DNA of 64,000 bases. Origin: an uncultured Thiotrichales bacterium. GTDB lineage: Bacteria > Pseudomonadota > Gammaproteobacteria > UWMA-0217. Positions 10,779 to 22,025 of the stretch are shown piece after piece. The DNA lies in assembly GCA_964430355.1 (NCBI GenBank), contig CAYSFW010000089.1, forward strand, positions 147,750-211,749, read 5' to 3'. Position numbers and translations under genes: made by a program. The notes beneath the pieces are model-generated. The model saw nothing but the letters and a program-made list of their open reading frames with translations, did not search any database and was not told where the DNA came from. The first letter of the stretch is position 1; every line of letters begins with the position of its first letter.

Positions 10779-10939
10779 GTCGCGCTCCTGCGGGGAACGG
10801 ATGGTCCGGATTAGTAAATGATACGGTTATAAGGCATTGGCTGGGTCAATGCTCCCAATGATCGTGTGAGCATAGTTCAAGATCCTTCGGCAAGGTGCTG
10901 GACCATCGAGGGCGCAGGGCATTCTGATAAGATTCGGCG

Positions 10940-13144
10940 ATGGAAGATGTCTCTGCTTTGCTCGATTCCCTCAACGCTGCCCAGCGCGAGGCGGTCTGCC
11001 TGCCGCCGGTGCCTGCGCTGGTGCTGGCTGGCGCCGGCAGCGGCAAGACCCGCGTGCTCGTGCACCGCATGGCCTGGTTGATCGGTGTCGAACGTGTCTC
11101 GCCGTATGCGCTGCTCGCCGTCACATTTACCAACAAGGCTGCCGCCGAGATGCGCGGCAGGGTCTCCGAGCTGCTCGGCATCGCGCCAGGGGGGCTCTGG
11201 CTCGGCACCTTTCACGGCATCGCGCATCGCCTGCTGCGCCAGCATTGGCAAGAGGCCGGGTTGCCGCAGCAGTTCCAGATTCTGGACAGCGACGATCAAC
11301 AACGGCTGGTCAAGCGCGTGATCCGCAGCCTCGAGCTCGATGAGGCGCGCTGGCCACCCAAGCAGGCGCAAGTGTTCATCAACGCCCGCAAAGACGAGGG
11401 GCTGCGCCCGCAGCACATCGAGGAGCGCGGGGATGAGTACACCCGGCAGATGGTGCGCATCTACACGGCCTATGAAAATGCCTGCCAGCGCGCCGGGGTG
11501 ATCGATTTTGCCGAGCTGTTGCTGCGCTCGCTCGAGCTGTTGCGCGGCGATGTCGGGCTGCGCGAGCACTACCAGCGTCGCTTCCGGCACATTCTGGTGG
11601 ATGAGTTTCAGGACACGAACACCCTGCAGTACGCGTGGCTGCGGCTGCTCGCCGGCGAGGACATCCCGGTGTTCGCAGTCGGCGACGATGATCAGTCCAT
11701 CTACGGTTGGCGGGGCGCGCGCATCGAACACATCCAGCGCTTCCCCACGGACTTTCCGGGCACACAGATCGTGCGCCTGGAGCAGAACTACCGATCGACC
11801 GACAACATTCTCGCCGCCGCCAATGCGTTGATCGCGCACAATCAAGGGCGCATGGGCAAGAACCTGTGGACGGAGGACAAGGCCGGCGAGCCGCTGGATC
11901 TGTTCACCGCCTACAACGACCACGAGGAAGCGCGCTACATCGGAGAGCGCATCCGCGCCTGGGTTGAGGGTGGCGGTTCGCGACGTGATGTGGCCGTGCT
12001 CTACCGCTCCAACGCGCAATCGCGGGTGCTTGAGGAGACCTTCATCGGCATGGGTATCGCCTACCGGGTGTACGGCGGCCTGCGCTTCTTCGAGCGCGCC
12101 GAGATCAAGGACGCGCTCGCCTATCTGCGGTTGACCGCCAATCCCGACGACGATGCCAGTTTCGAGCGGGTCATCAATCAGCCGCCCCGCGGCATCGGCG
12201 AGCGCACCCTGGAGCAGATCCGCCAGTTGGCGCGCGAAACCGGGCTGAGCCTGTACCGCAGTGCGACGCAACTCGCATCGGGCGGTGCGCTTGCCGCGCG
12301 GCAGACGGGTCCGCTGCGCGCGTTCCTGCAACGCCTCCAGCAGTGGACGGCGGCCGTGCAGGATCTGCCGCTGCATGAGGTGGTGGACTATCTCAATGAA
12401 CAGAGCGGGCTGAAGGCCCACTTTGCCAAGGAAAAGGGCGAGGTCGGCACGTCGCGGGTCGACAACCTGGACGAGCTGGTGACAGCCGCACGGGCGTTCG
12501 CTTACGACGCAGAACGCGACGGCGAGATGTCACCTCGCGACGCCTTTCTCGCGCACGCCGTGCTGGAGTCGGGGGAGGGGCAAGGCTCGGCTAACGACGA
12601 TTGCGTGCAGATGATGACGCTGCACTCGGCGAAAGGGCTGGAATTCCCCCTCGTCTTTCTGTGCGGCATGGAGGAAGGGCTATTTCCTCACCAGATGTCG
12701 CTGGATGAACCCGGGCGGCTCGAGGAGGAGCGGCGGTTGTGCTATGTCGGCATCACACGCGCCAGGCAGCAACTGGTGCTGACCTGCGCGGAGCGCCGCC
12801 GGCTGCACGGTCAGGAGCGTTACAACCTTCCTTCGCAGTTCCTGCGCGAGCTGCCGCCAGAGCTCGTGCGGGAGGTGCGTGCGCGGGCAGCGCAGCCGTT
12901 TGCGTCCCCTTTCGCCGGAGACAGGTCAGCGAGCGGGTTTGGCGCCGGCCTCGGTTCCGCTTCAAGCGGCGAGGGGATTCCGGTGGGATTGCGGCTCGGC
13001 GCGCGCGTCGCGCACGCGAAGTTTGGCCGCGGCGTGGTCACCAACACGGAAGGCAGCGGCGCGTCGGCGCGCGTGGAGGTGCGTTTCGAGGACTACGGGA
13101 GCAAGTGGCTCGTGCTGAGCTACGCCAAGTTACAGGTGCTTTGA
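10940..13144 (+). CDS. uvrD: DNA helicase II
   Basis: LAGAGSGKT Walker A, VDEFQDTN, LEQNYRS, MTLHSAKGLEF, EEERRLCYVGITRA, C-terminal Tudor-like domain. Confidence 0.96.
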   Translation: MEDVSALLDSLNAAQREAVCLPPVPALVLAGAGSGKTRVLVHRMAWLIGVERVSPYALLAVTFTNKAAAEMRGRVSELLGIAPGGLWLGTFHGIAHRLLRQHWQEAGLPQQFQILDSDDQQRLVKRVIRSLELDEARWPPKQAQVFINARKDEGLRPQHIEERGDEYTRQMVRIYTAYENACQRAGVIDFAELLLRSLELLRGDVGLREHYQRRFRHILVDEFQDTNTLQYAWLRLLAGEDIPVFAVGDDDQSIYGWRGARIEHIQRFPTDFPGTQIVRLEQNYRSTDNILAAANALIAHNQGRMGKNLWTEDKAGEPLDLFTAYNDHEEARYIGERIRAWVEGGGSRRDVAVLYRSNAQSRVLEETFIGMGIAYRVYGGLRFFERAEIKDALAYLRLTANPDDDASFERVINQPPRGIGERTLEQIRQLARETGLSLYRSATQLASGGALAARQTGPLRAFLQRLQQWTAAVQDLPLHEVVDYLNEQSGLKAHFAKEKGEVGTSRVDNLDELVTAARAFAYDAERDGEMSPRDAFLAHAVLESGEGQGSANDDCVQMMTLHSAKGLEFPLVFLCGMEEGLFPHQMSLDEPGRLEEERRLCYVGITRARQQLVLTCAERRRLHGQERYNLPSQFLRELPPELVREVRARAAQPFASPFAGDRSASGFGAGLGSASSGEGIPVGLRLGARVAHAKFGRGVVTNTEGSGASARVEVRFEDYGSKWLVLSYAKLQVL

Positions 13145-13406
13145 GGGACGCTGGACAATGTTGGCGTGCCCCGCCAAGCTGCAATCCCATCGCCCCGCTG
13201 GCTGTTGGTTATGATGTTTTTTCGGCGGCAAAGGGTCCGCATGAACACCTCTGCTGCGCCCCTCACAACGTCGGTTGCCAACTCCAGCGGTTCAGCATGC
13301 CCCCGATGCGCCCGGGCGATTGGGGGGGGGTGCGCTCAACTCCCCAACGAAACCACGCGCCGGGCGTCGAACGCCGCGGCGAGTGCGTCATCAGGCCAGA
13401 CCCACG

Positions 13407-14144
13407 TTAGCGCTGGGGCGATGCTTCCTGCCGTCTCGCGGACCCGTTGAGCCGCGCCGCGCCCAGCATGCCGAGCAGGCCGGAGGAGAACAACCACAGC
13501 GCGGTAGGCACCGGAACCGGAGTAGGCGGGCTCGCAATCTGGGCCAGCACTTCGTAATGGTGGAAGGCATCACCTGCCACGCTGGCGATGTTGACGAACG
13601 CGAAGTCGCGATACACGTACGGGCCGACCTCGTTGTTGAAGAAGTTCCAATTGAAACTGAGCAGCCCCCCGGAGGCCGCCGTGATCACGAACCGCAAGAG
13701 GGAGCCATCGGTTCCGGCCGCGCCGTTCGCATTGGTGTAGTCGCTGGTTGATGTGCCAGTGCCGATCATACGCAGCATGTGGCTACCCTCCGTCGGCGCA
13801 GCGCCAAAGATCGGGGCGTTGAGTACGCTCGTCCAGCCCAAGGTCGAGTACCCGACCGTGGTGCCGGTCTCGAAACCGCGGTTACCGGCTGCCGCGCCAA
13901 AGCCTACGGTGCCGCCGAGGTTGTCGATCAGCATCTCGGGATCGGCGAGCGTGTCTCCTTGGTTGCTCAAACCGATGGTGACTAGGGCGTCGAAGGTCTT
14001 GTCTGTCGGGAGATTGATCGTGAATGTCTGCCAGCCCGTCGACGGGCTGGTGACGAACTGGGTGGCCGCCAAACTCGGAACACTGCTGAATGTAAGAGTC
14101 GCACCGAGAGCGGCGGTTATCGCCTTGCCAAACGCAACTTGCAT
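13407..14144 (-). CDS. Secreted protein with PEP-CTERM/VPLPA-CTERM-like exosortase sorting signal
   Basis: Signal peptide ending SLA|A; C-terminus PVPVPTALWLFSSGLLGMLGAARL..RR; GGAGGT RBS. Confidence 0.75.
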   Translation of the reverse strand: MQVAFGKAITAALGATLTFSSVPSLAATQFVTSPSTGWQTFTINLPTDKTFDALVTIGLSNQGDTLADPEMLIDNLGGTVGFGAAAGNRGFETGTTVGYSTLGWTSVLNAPIFGAAPTEGSHMLRMIGTGTSTSDYTNANGAAGTDGSLLRFVITAASGGLLSFNWNFFNNEVGPYVYRDFAFVNIASVAGDAFHHYEVLAQIASPPTPVPVPTALWLFSSGLLGMLGAARLNGSARRQEASPQR

Positions 14145-14864
14145 CGCCTACCTCCCCATAGCGGACGCGTGCGTGAGCGTCCGTCTGTTCGTCTTGACCA
14201 ATAAGCCCGAAATATCTTGTTTTTGCGTGCGCTCATGCGCAGCCTATAAGTTGACTGTAAGCGCGAGATACTTAGCGTGCATGCCGACTACATAAAAGCG
14301 AGAGCCAGTTCACAATTTTCGAGCGCTTTTCTCTCCAGCCGGTTTATCGAGCCGACAAAGTCGGAACCCCTGGTGCGTAATCCCTGCAGCGCGAGCCCCT
14401 CCTACCTACTGGGATTCGGGAGCGCATTCACAAATCCGAAGCGAACGTCCAGAGCACGCGCAGTTCGCAGCTGGATTCATGCGTCAAACGGACTATCCTA
14501 GTTCCCGATGGTCGGCGCTTGATTCCGGATGAGCGGAGTTGCATCCGACAGCAAGCATATTGAATGCGGCTCTTGATGCGGAAGGGTAGCAGCCTAGCGG
14601 TTGCTAGACAGGCCATAGTTTTTAACGAGTTAGCTGCGGAACCTTTGATTGCATATTGCGTTTAATGTGCAATGTGCTAAAGTTGGTTTAAGTGCATCAT
14701 CAGAGGACACGCTGAGGTGTGTCCGGGTAGGTACGGTGGGCGGGTTGGCGTCGAGGGGCAAGCGGGCGCGGAAGCCACGACTGGGAGGTACTGCCCGAGG
14801 TGCTTGGAGCCGGAACGGCTGCTCGCAACACAGACAGGTCAAAGAAAGCGGAGACGATTCAGTC

Positions 14865-17800
14865 ATGCGACAAAAACACATTAACCATGCCGTGCGCCGT
14901 GCCATGACGGGCGCGGCGTTTGCGACGGCCTCACTGGCCTTGGCCGCAGGCGCACCCGCGGCCCGCGCAGCGGGGGGGTGCCCGGCGGACCAGACGCCTG
15001 TCGGACCCAACCTAATCAAGAACGGGTCTTTTGCCACCGCGATTGCGAATCCGAAGCCTAACTCATTTTTACCAGCGGGCACGGATCTGAATGACTGGAC
15101 AAGCGGCGTGCCGTACACGGGACTCAACCGTTACCCGCAGGATTTTTCGGACGCCAATGACATCGGCACGGGCGGTTCGGGCGTCGCCGTCATGAGCGGT
15201 CATTTCACCGGCGGGCTGGAAAGCGGGGTCTATCTACTCGACCAGATAGCGTTCCCGGGCGATACGGTGAACGGCGTGCCCGCAGCGGCCAACTGGCTTG
15301 CCTACGGCGGTAAGACGAGCACGGCGCCCGTGCCGTCACTGATCTGGAGCCAGGCAGTCAGTGGGCTGGACACCAATTCTGATTACGTCATGTTTGGCTA
15401 CGCGTCGAACGTGGTTAACCCGCCGTATCAGGGGACAACGGTTACGGGGCTTCAGGTTGTTCCGCCCAAGGTAGGCTTCAGGCCGCAGCTGAGCGGTGCG
15501 TTGCTTGGTGCAGTGACGGTGTGTGATAACACGATCACGCCGACGGGCAGTTGCGCTGCTGCGCTGAGCGACGTTTGGAAGCGGTTTGAGTTCACTTTCA
15601 AGCCGACGGCAGCGAATCTTACTCTCCAATTGCTGGACGATCAGATTCCCGAGGTCAACGGCAACGACCTGGCGATGACGCAGCTCAGCCTCTACAAGTG
15701 CCAACTGAGCGAGGCGGGCATCACCTTTCAGCCGGTCCTGCTGAGTTTTGGTGACGTGCGCATCCCCGCATCCAAGGAGCTGACCGTCACGATCCGCAAT
15801 GCCGGTAATGTGGCGCTCAACAACCTCGCTTTCTCGATACCGGCCGGGACGAACCTGACCGGGGCGTTCGCGCTGGGCACGATGGGCAGCGCAACGCCGC
15901 ACTGTGGCACGACGCTCGCACCGGGTGCGACCTGTACGGTTCCGGTTATTTTCAACACGAGCGCGTTCAACGCCGACACCGGCACGGGCGAGAAGCTCGG
16001 CAAGTTGCAGGTCACAGGGACCGGTATCGGTAGTGCGACCTCGACCTTCCTGCTAGACCTTCGCGGTACCGCCACGGCCGGACCGCCGAAGCTGAGCGCG
16101 GACAAGTCATCGCTCTCCTTCGAAACGGCGATCAACACCGCAAGGTCCGAGGTGGTGACGGTCACCAACACGGGCCAGCAGACGCTGCGAATCTCTTCGG
16201 TCGTGCTCGGCGCGGGTTCGGACTTCACGTTGGGTGGCAACACCTGCTCCGGCGCAGACCTCGCGCCCAATCAGCAGTGCTCCGTGACGGTCAATTTCGC
16301 CCCAACGACGACGGGCGAAAAATCCGGCACGCTGACGATCGCCTCGAACGACCCCGAAGGCGCGACCAAGACAATCACCCTGAGCGGGCGGGCGCTCAGT
16401 ACGTTGCCAGCAGACGTGGATACCGACGGTGACGGCCTGACCGACAATCAGGAGGCCATCATAGGCACAAATCCGAACAACCCTGATACAGACGGCGACG
16501 GCATCCGCGACGGGGTGGAGGTCGGTCCGGACGTCAATAAGCCGAAGGACACCGACGGCGACCAAATCCCCGACGCACTGGAGCCCAATGACGTCGATAC
16601 CGACGGAGACGGATTCGCCAACTACAACGATCCGGACGACGACGGCGACGGCATTCCCACGAAGAACGAGGACGCCAACGGCGATGGTAAGCCGTGGAAC
16701 GACGACTACGACAAGGACACCATCCCGGACTACCTGGAGAATAACAACTGGGATACGGACGACGACGGCAAGCCGAACTGGCAGGACAACGACGATGATG
16801 CCGAAGGCGGACCCACCGGTGTCGATTTCGTCTACGGCGAGGCTGGCCCTGACTACTGGCGTCCGTGGGGCTCCTGCGACATGAACGGCAAGGTGTCGGT
16901 AAATCCCAACCAGGCGGACGACAAGGACTGCATCCCGGACTACCTCGACGCCGACGAGACCAACCGCGCCGGCATGGCCGATGGGACGGGGGATTCGGAC
17001 AGCGACGGCTATTCCGACAAGGCGGAGTGCCCAAGCTTCCCGGCCAATTGCCCGGATGAGAATAAAGATGGCACGCCGAATTACATGCAGAAGCCGAACC
17101 CAGTGCTGACCGGCCTACAAGGCGGCATCGGTGGTGGCGCGGCGGGTCTGCCGTGGCTGGCGGTGCTCGGCGGTGCGCTGCTGTTTCGCCGTCGTAGGGC
17201 GACGCAGTCGGCAATGCCGGCGCGCCGTCGCCTCCCACTCGCGGTTGCCGCAGTGGTCGCGGGTTCCCTGAGCCTGGGCACGGATGTCCAGGCCGAGCCA
17301 GGCCAGTTCTACATCGGCGCGGGTGCTGGCCAGTCTCGACTGGAACCCGACACCAATGGAACGTCCTTTTTCGTCGATGACAAGACCGATATCGGATACA
17401 AGCTGTTTTTCGGTTATGACATCACCAAGCTCTTCGGCGTCGAGGCGTTCTATTCAAAGCTCGGACAGGCGGGCATTGGCGCGCTGAGTCCATACCGTGG
17501 CGGCGAGATCGACTACAACATGTATGGCATCGGCGCCGTCGTGAACTTCCCGCACAACGGCCCCGGGGCTTCGCTGATCGGCAAGATCGGTGTGGCGGGC
17601 ATGGACAACGACTCCGACTCCGTGCCGTACAGGAAGGTGGAGGATGTCCAGATCTACGGCGGCGTAGGCGCGGAGTACCAGTTCAAGCACGGGTTTTCTG
17701 CCCGGGCTGAGTACGAGTACTACGACGAGGACGCCCAACTTGCCTCCATCAGCTTTGTAAAGCGTTTCGGCGGCAAGCCTACGCCCGCGCCGGTCGTTGC

Positions 17801-18230
17801 CCAACCGAAGCCGGCGCCTGCGCCGGCCGCGGCTCCACCAGCGCCGCAGCCAGTGACGCCGGAGGTCATCGAACGCTTTAGCGGCGTGCTTGACGGCGTG
17901 AACTTCCATTTTGACTCGGATCGCCTGACCAATGAGGCAATGCGCATCCTCGACGGCGTTGCTGCGGAGATGGCCCAGTACCCGGAGCTGAAGGTCGTGA
18001 TCGTCGGGCACACGGACAACATCGGTACGCCAAGCTACAACAAGGATCTTTCACTGCGGCGCGCGAAATCCGTCGCGCGTTACATGCTCTCCAAGGGTAT
18101 CGACGCGAGCCGGATGCGCTACGCCGGCATGGGTGAGGAACAGCCGCGTGCATCAAACGCGACGAAGGAAGGCCGCGACCAAAACCGCCGCGTTGAATTC
18201 ATCGCTCACGACGGAACCCAAGGGGCCTAA
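14865..18230 (+). CDS. Large surface protein: signal peptide, jelly-roll/CBM-like domain, two Ig-like (choice-of-anchor D/ASH-like) domains, TSP3-like Ca-binding repeats, GlyGly-CTERM-like segment, second signal peptide, OmpA beta-barrel and OmpA C-terminal peptidoglycan-binding domain
   Basis: Start ATG 14865 ([35 protein letters not shown]). DxDGDG repeats; [26 protein letters not shown]; OmpA-C motifs [17 protein letters not shown] and NRRVE. Confidence 0.8.
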   Translation: MRQKHINHAVRRAMTGAAFATASLALAAGAPAARAAGGCPADQTPVGPNLIKNGSFATAIANPKPNSFLPAGTDLNDWTSGVPYTGLNRYPQDFSDANDIGTGGSGVAVMSGHFTGGLESGVYLLDQIAFPGDTVNGVPAAANWLAYGGKTSTAPVPSLIWSQAVSGLDTNSDYVMFGYASNVVNPPYQGTTVTGLQVVPPKVGFRPQLSGALLGAVTVCDNTITPTGSCAAALSDVWKRFEFTFKPTAANLTLQLLDDQIPEVNGNDLAMTQLSLYKCQLSEAGITFQPVLLSFGDVRIPASKELTVTIRNAGNVALNNLAFSIPAGTNLTGAFALGTMGSATPHCGTTLAPGATCTVPVIFNTSAFNADTGTGEKLGKLQVTGTGIGSATSTFLLDLRGTATAGPPKLSADKSSLSFETAINTARSEVVTVTNTGQQTLRISSVVLGAGSDFTLGGNTCSGADLAPNQQCSVTVNFAPTTTGEKSGTLTIASNDPEGATKTITLSGRALSTLPADVDTDGDGLTDNQEAIIGTNPNNPDTDGDGIRDGVEVGPDVNKPKDTDGDQIPDALEPNDVDTDGDGFANYNDPDDDGDGIPTKNEDANGDGKPWNDDYDKDTIPDYLENNNWDTDDDGKPNWQDNDDDAEGGPTGVDFVYGEAGPDYWRPWGSCDMNGKVSVNPNQADDKDCIPDYLDADETNRAGMADGTGDSDSDGYSDKAECPSFPANCPDENKDGTPNYMQKPNPVLTGLQGGIGGGAAGLPWLAVLGGALLFRRRRATQSAMPARRRLPLAVAAVVAGSLSLGTDVQAEPGQFYIGAGAGQSRLEPDTNGTSFFVDDKTDIGYKLFFGYDITKLFGVEAFYSKLGQAGIGALSPYRGGEIDYNMYGIGAVVNFPHNGPGASLIGKIGVAGMDNDSDSVPYRKVEDVQIYGGVGAEYQFKHGFSARAEYEYYDEDAQLASISFVKRFGGKPTPAPVVAQPKPAPAPAAAPPAPQPVTPEVIERFSGVLDGVNFHFDSDRLTNEAMRILDGVAAEMAQYPELKVVIVGHTDNIGTPSYNKDLSLRRAKSVARYMLSKGIDASRMRYAGMGEEQPRASNATKEGRDQNRRVEFIAHDGTQGA
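16413..17090 (+). repeat. Thrombospondin type-3-like Asp-rich Ca2+-binding peptide repeats
   Basis: Repeated DTDGDG(L/I/F)xD, DxDxDxIPDYL units in translation. Confidence 0.8.
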
Positions 18231-18249
18231 TAACATCGTGTTATACCGC

Positions 18250-18283
18250 CCGAAGGGAGCCTCGCGCTCCCTTCGGCGTTTAT
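18250..18283 (+). terminator. Intrinsic terminator after the OmpA-fusion gene
   Basis: CCGAAGGGAGC-ctcgc-GCTCCCTTCGG followed by cgtttat. Confidence 0.65.
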
Positions 18284-18421
18284 GAGGCCTTTGTTCCCCA
18301 CCTCCCAGCTGGCAGCCTTCTCCAAGGAGGAGGTCAGCCCAATGTCGACGCCACGCGGGTGAGAGTCCCGATAGCCCTCGATGCTATACTCTGCCGCCTT
18401 GCTCAAGCTCGGGTTCCGGAC

Positions 18422-19372
18422 ATGTCCGCTTACGACGTTTCGACTTTCCAGGGGCTGATCCACGCCCTGCAGGATTACTGGGGCAAACAAGGCTGCGTCA
18501 TCGTCCAGCCCTACGACATGGAGATGGGTGCGGGGACGTTCCATCCCGCGACCTTCCTGCGCGCGATCGGTCCTGAGCCGTGGCGTGCGGCCTACGTGCA
18601 GCCCTCGCGGCGGCCGACCGACGGACGTTATGGCGAAAATCCCAACCGATTGCAGCATTACTACCAGTTCCAGGTCGTGCTGAAGCCGTCGCCGCACGAC
18701 ATTCAGGAGCTCTACCTCGGCTCGTTGCGCGCGCTCGGTATCGATACGTTGGTGCACGACGTGCGCTTTGTTGAGGACAACTGGGAGTCGCCCACGCTTG
18801 GTGCCTGGGGTCTCGGCTGGGAGGTGTGGCTGAATGGCATGGAGGTCACGCAGTTCACTTATTTCCAGCAGGTCGGCGGCCTCGATTGCCGACCGGTAAC
18901 CGGCGAGATCACCTACGGGCTGGAGCGTATCGCGATGTACTTGCAAGGTGTGGACAGTGTGTATGACCTGGTTTGGACCACCGGGCCGCAGGGCGCCGTG
19001 ACCTACGGCGATGTGTTCCACCAGAACGAGGTAGAGCAGTCCACCTACAACTTCGAGCACGCAAACGTGGAGGCGCTGTTCCAGCATTTCGCCACGTACG
19101 AGCTCGAGAGCACCCGGCTCATCGGGCTCGGGTTGCCCCTGCCTGCCTATGAGCAGATGCTGAGGGCGTCCCACACCTTCAACCTGCTCGACGCGCGTAA
19201 GGCCATCTCGGTGACGGAGCGGCAGGGTTACATCCTGCGCATCCGCTCACTCGCGCGGGCGGTTGCGGAGGCGTACTACGCGGCACGAGAGAAGCTGGGC
19301 TTCCCGATGCTCGCCGAAGTACACGGCAGCGCCGGTGAGCCGCTCGCGGCCCGCAGCGCGGAGGTGGCGTGA
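18422..19372 (+). CDS. glyQ: Glycyl-tRNA synthetase alpha subunit
   Basis: [58 protein letters not shown]. Confidence 0.97.
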   Translation: MSAYDVSTFQGLIHALQDYWGKQGCVIVQPYDMEMGAGTFHPATFLRAIGPEPWRAAYVQPSRRPTDGRYGENPNRLQHYYQFQVVLKPSPHDIQELYLGSLRALGIDTLVHDVRFVEDNWESPTLGAWGLGWEVWLNGMEVTQFTYFQQVGGLDCRPVTGEITYGLERIAMYLQGVDSVYDLVWTTGPQGAVTYGDVFHQNEVEQSTYNFEHANVEALFQHFATYELESTRLIGLGLPLPAYEQMLRASHTFNLLDARKAISVTERQGYILRIRSLARAVAEAYYAAREKLGFPMLAEVHGSAGEPLAARSAEVA

Positions 19373-21465
19373 TGGGCGAGCGCGCGGATCTGCTGGTCGA
19401 GATCGGCACCGAGGAGCTGCCGCCGAAGGCCCTCAAATCGTTGATGGAGCATTTTGGCGCGGAGTGCGCCCAAGCGCTCAGCGAGGCGGGCCTCGGACAT
19501 CGCGCCGTGAAGGCCTATGCCTCGCCGCGTCGCCTCGCGGTCGTGGTGGAAGGGCTCGCGCTGCGGCAGCCGGACAAGGTGGTGGAGCGCCGTGGGCCGG
19601 CGATTCAGGCGGCGTTCGATGCGGAGGGCCGCCCCACGCAGGCCGCCGAAGGCTTCGCGCGTTCCTGCGGGGTCACGGTCGATCAGCTCAAGGTCGTGGA
19701 GCAGGGCAAGGGTCGCTGGCTGGCCTACGAGAGCATCCAGTCAGGCGTGGAGGCGAGGCGCCTGTTGCCGGCGCTGGTGGAGGCGGCGCTCGGGCGACTG
19801 CCGATCCCCAAGCGGATGCGCTGGGGGTCGGGAAGTGCCGAATTCGTTCGCCCGGTGCACTGGGTCGTGCTGCTGCTGGGGGATGAGGTGGTCCCGGGTA
19901 GCGTGCTCGGTATCCCCACCGGCGGCGTCAGTCGGGGGCACCGTTTCCATCACCCCGAGATTATCGAAATCCCTCACCCGTCGGCCTACGTAGAGCAGCT
20001 GCGCATCCAGGGGCGTGTGCTGGTGGACTTCGCGCAGCGCCGCGCGGCCATCCGCGAACAGGTCGAGTCCGCCGCACAGGCGGTGCAGGGGCGTCCGTTG
20101 ATCGACGACGAGCTGCTTGATGAGGTCACCGCGCTGGTTGAGTGGCCGGTCGCGCTCGCCGGGCATTTCGAGGAGCGATTCCTTGATGTGCCGCAGGAGG
20201 CGCTGATCTCCACGATGCAGGACAACCAGAAGTATTTCCCGGTCGTCGATGCCGGCGGGCGACTGATGCCGTACTTCATCACCGTCGCCAACCTCGAGAG
20301 TCGCGAACCGCAGCGGATCGTGGAGGGCAACGAGCGGGTGATCCGGCCGCGCTTCACCGATGCGGCGTTTTTCTGGCAGCAGGATCGCAAGCAGCCGCTG
20401 ATTGCGAGGCTCGAGCGGCTCAAGACCGTCACCTTCCAGCAGCGGTTGGGCACGCTCTACGACAAGACCGAGCGGATTGTGGCGCTCGCCGGGCAAATTG
20501 CTCTGGCCATCGACGCCGATGTGGCGCAGGCCGAGCGAGCGGCTTGGCTGTCGAAGTGCGATCTGATGACGGACATGGTTTTTGAGTTCACCGAGCTGCA
20601 GGGGATCGCAGGGCGCTACTACGCGCGGCTAGATGGTGAGCCTGACGCGGTCGCTGAAGCGCTCGATGAGCAGTACCGGCCACGCCAGGCGGGGGATGCG
20701 CTCCCCGTGGGCCGGGTGGGCCAGGCGCTCGCGCTCGCGGACAAGCTGGACACTCTCGTGGGGATCTTCGCGATCGGCCAGAAGCCCACGGGCACGAAAG
20801 ACCCGTTCGGCCTGCGCCGGGCTGCGCTCGGCGTGTTGCGCATCATCATCGAGTGCGGCCTGCGGCTGGATCTCAGGCGGCTGCTCACGGTTGCTGCGGT
20901 TGGCCTGCGGGGCAGGGTGGACGCCGAGGCCGCTGTCGAGCCGTGTTTCGAATACATCCTCGAAAGGCTGCGGGCGTACTACCAGGACCAAGGTGTGCCT
21001 ACGGATGTGGTGGACGCCGTGATGGCACTGCGGCCCTCGCAGCCGCTCGACTTCCACCACCGCGTGCAGGCGGTGGTGGCGTTTCGGGCACTGCCGGAGG
21101 CGGCAAATCTCGCCGCGGCCAACAAGCGCACGCAGAACATTCTCAAGAAGTTCGAGGGCGTCATTCCTGAGCGGGTCGATCCTGCCCTACTAATCGAGCC
21201 GGCCGAGCGGGCTCTGTTCGAGGCCATGAGCGCCCTGTCGGATAGTGTGTCGGCGCAGTTTGCGGCGGGGCAGCACACCGCAGCGCTGACGCAGCTAGCC
21301 CGGCTGCGCGAACCGGTAGACGGCTTTTTCGACGCGGTGATGGTGATGGCGGAGGATGCAGCGTTGCGCGACAACCGGCTGGCGTTGCTCAGCCAACTGG
21401 CCCGCCTGTTTTCGGGTGCGGCGGATTTGTCGCGCCTGACAGCGCCAGCGGCGGTTGGCGACTGA
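19372..21465 (+). CDS. glyS: Glycyl-tRNA synthetase beta subunit
   Basis: LLVEIGTEELPP, SPRRLAV, MRWG, DPFGLRRAALG, RDNRLALL; overlaps the glyQ stop. Confidence 0.96.
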   Translation: MGERADLLVEIGTEELPPKALKSLMEHFGAECAQALSEAGLGHRAVKAYASPRRLAVVVEGLALRQPDKVVERRGPAIQAAFDAEGRPTQAAEGFARSCGVTVDQLKVVEQGKGRWLAYESIQSGVEARRLLPALVEAALGRLPIPKRMRWGSGSAEFVRPVHWVVLLLGDEVVPGSVLGIPTGGVSRGHRFHHPEIIEIPHPSAYVEQLRIQGRVLVDFAQRRAAIREQVESAAQAVQGRPLIDDELLDEVTALVEWPVALAGHFEERFLDVPQEALISTMQDNQKYFPVVDAGGRLMPYFITVANLESREPQRIVEGNERVIRPRFTDAAFFWQQDRKQPLIARLERLKTVTFQQRLGTLYDKTERIVALAGQIALAIDADVAQAERAAWLSKCDLMTDMVFEFTELQGIAGRYYARLDGEPDAVAEALDEQYRPRQAGDALPVGRVGQALALADKLDTLVGIFAIGQKPTGTKDPFGLRRAALGVLRIIIECGLRLDLRRLLTVAAVGLRGRVDAEAAVEPCFEYILERLRAYYQDQGVPTDVVDAVMALRPSQPLDFHHRVQAVVAFRALPEAANLAAANKRTQNILKKFEGVIPERVDPALLIEPAERALFEAMSALSDSVSAQFAAGQHTAALTQLARLREPVDGFFDAVMVMAEDAALRDNRLALLSQLARLFSGAADLSRLTAPAAVGD

Positions 21466-21473
21466 CGTCGGCC

Positions 21474-22025
21474 ATGAAGCTCGTGATACTCGACCGTGAT
21501 GGCGTCATCAACGAAGACTCGGATGCCTACATCAAGTCGCCGTCGGAGTGGATTCCGATCCCGGGGAGCCTCGAGGCCATCGCCCGGCTGAAGGCGGCTG
21601 GCTACACGGTGGCCGTCGCGACCAATCAGTCCGGTTTGGCGCGGGGCCTGTACGACACCCCGGCGCTAGAGGCGATCCACCGCAAAATGGCTGTCCTGCT
21701 CGCGTCCATGGACGGCACGGTCGATGTGCTCGAATACTGTCCGCACGGTCCTGAAGCGGGGTGTGATTGTCGCAAGCCGAGGCCCGGGATGCTCGTGCGT
21801 ATCGGGAAGCGGCTGGGTGTTTCGTTGCAGCGGGTGCCCGCTGTGGGCGACTCCCTGCGTGACCTCCAGGCTGCTGCCGACGTCGGGGCGCAACCGATAC
21901 TCGTTAGGACCGGCAAGGGTGAGCGCACCCTGGCCGGCGGACACCTTCCGGCGGGGACGCTCGTGTATGCGGACCTTGCTGCGGTCGTCGAAGCGCTGCT
22001 CGCTGGAGAGCTTGCGCATGCGTGA
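21474..22025 (+). CDS. gmhB: D-glycero-D-manno-heptose 1,7-bisphosphate phosphatase
   Basis: HAD motifs LDRDGVIN, ATNQSG, CPH...CDCRKPRPGM, VGDSLRD; usual position after glyS. Confidence 0.9.
   Translation: MKLVILDRDGVINEDSDAYIKSPSEWIPIPGSLEAIARLKAAGYTVAVATNQSGLARGLYDTPALEAIHRKMAVLLASMDGTVDVLEYCPHGPEAGCDCRKPRPGMLVRIGKRLGVSLQRVPAVGDSLRDLQAAADVGAQPILVRTGKGERTLAGGHLPAGTLVYADLAAVVEALLAGELAHA

Noticed and set aside
8895-10814. Long antisense ORFs opposite sucA, and similar ones opposite tex, uvrD, cbbL, csoS2, dabA and lysA
   Set aside because: Shadow frames typical of high-GC coding DNA; they have no motifs and fully overlap confident genes.
13322-13330. G9 homopolymer (possible phase-variation tract)
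   Set aside because: It lies between two convergent genes, outside any coding region or promoter I can support.
16413-17090. Quasi-periodic GAC/GGC-rich DNA suggesting an array
   Set aside because: Explained by TSP3-like peptide repeats; there are no identical direct repeats with unique spacers, so it is not CRISPR.
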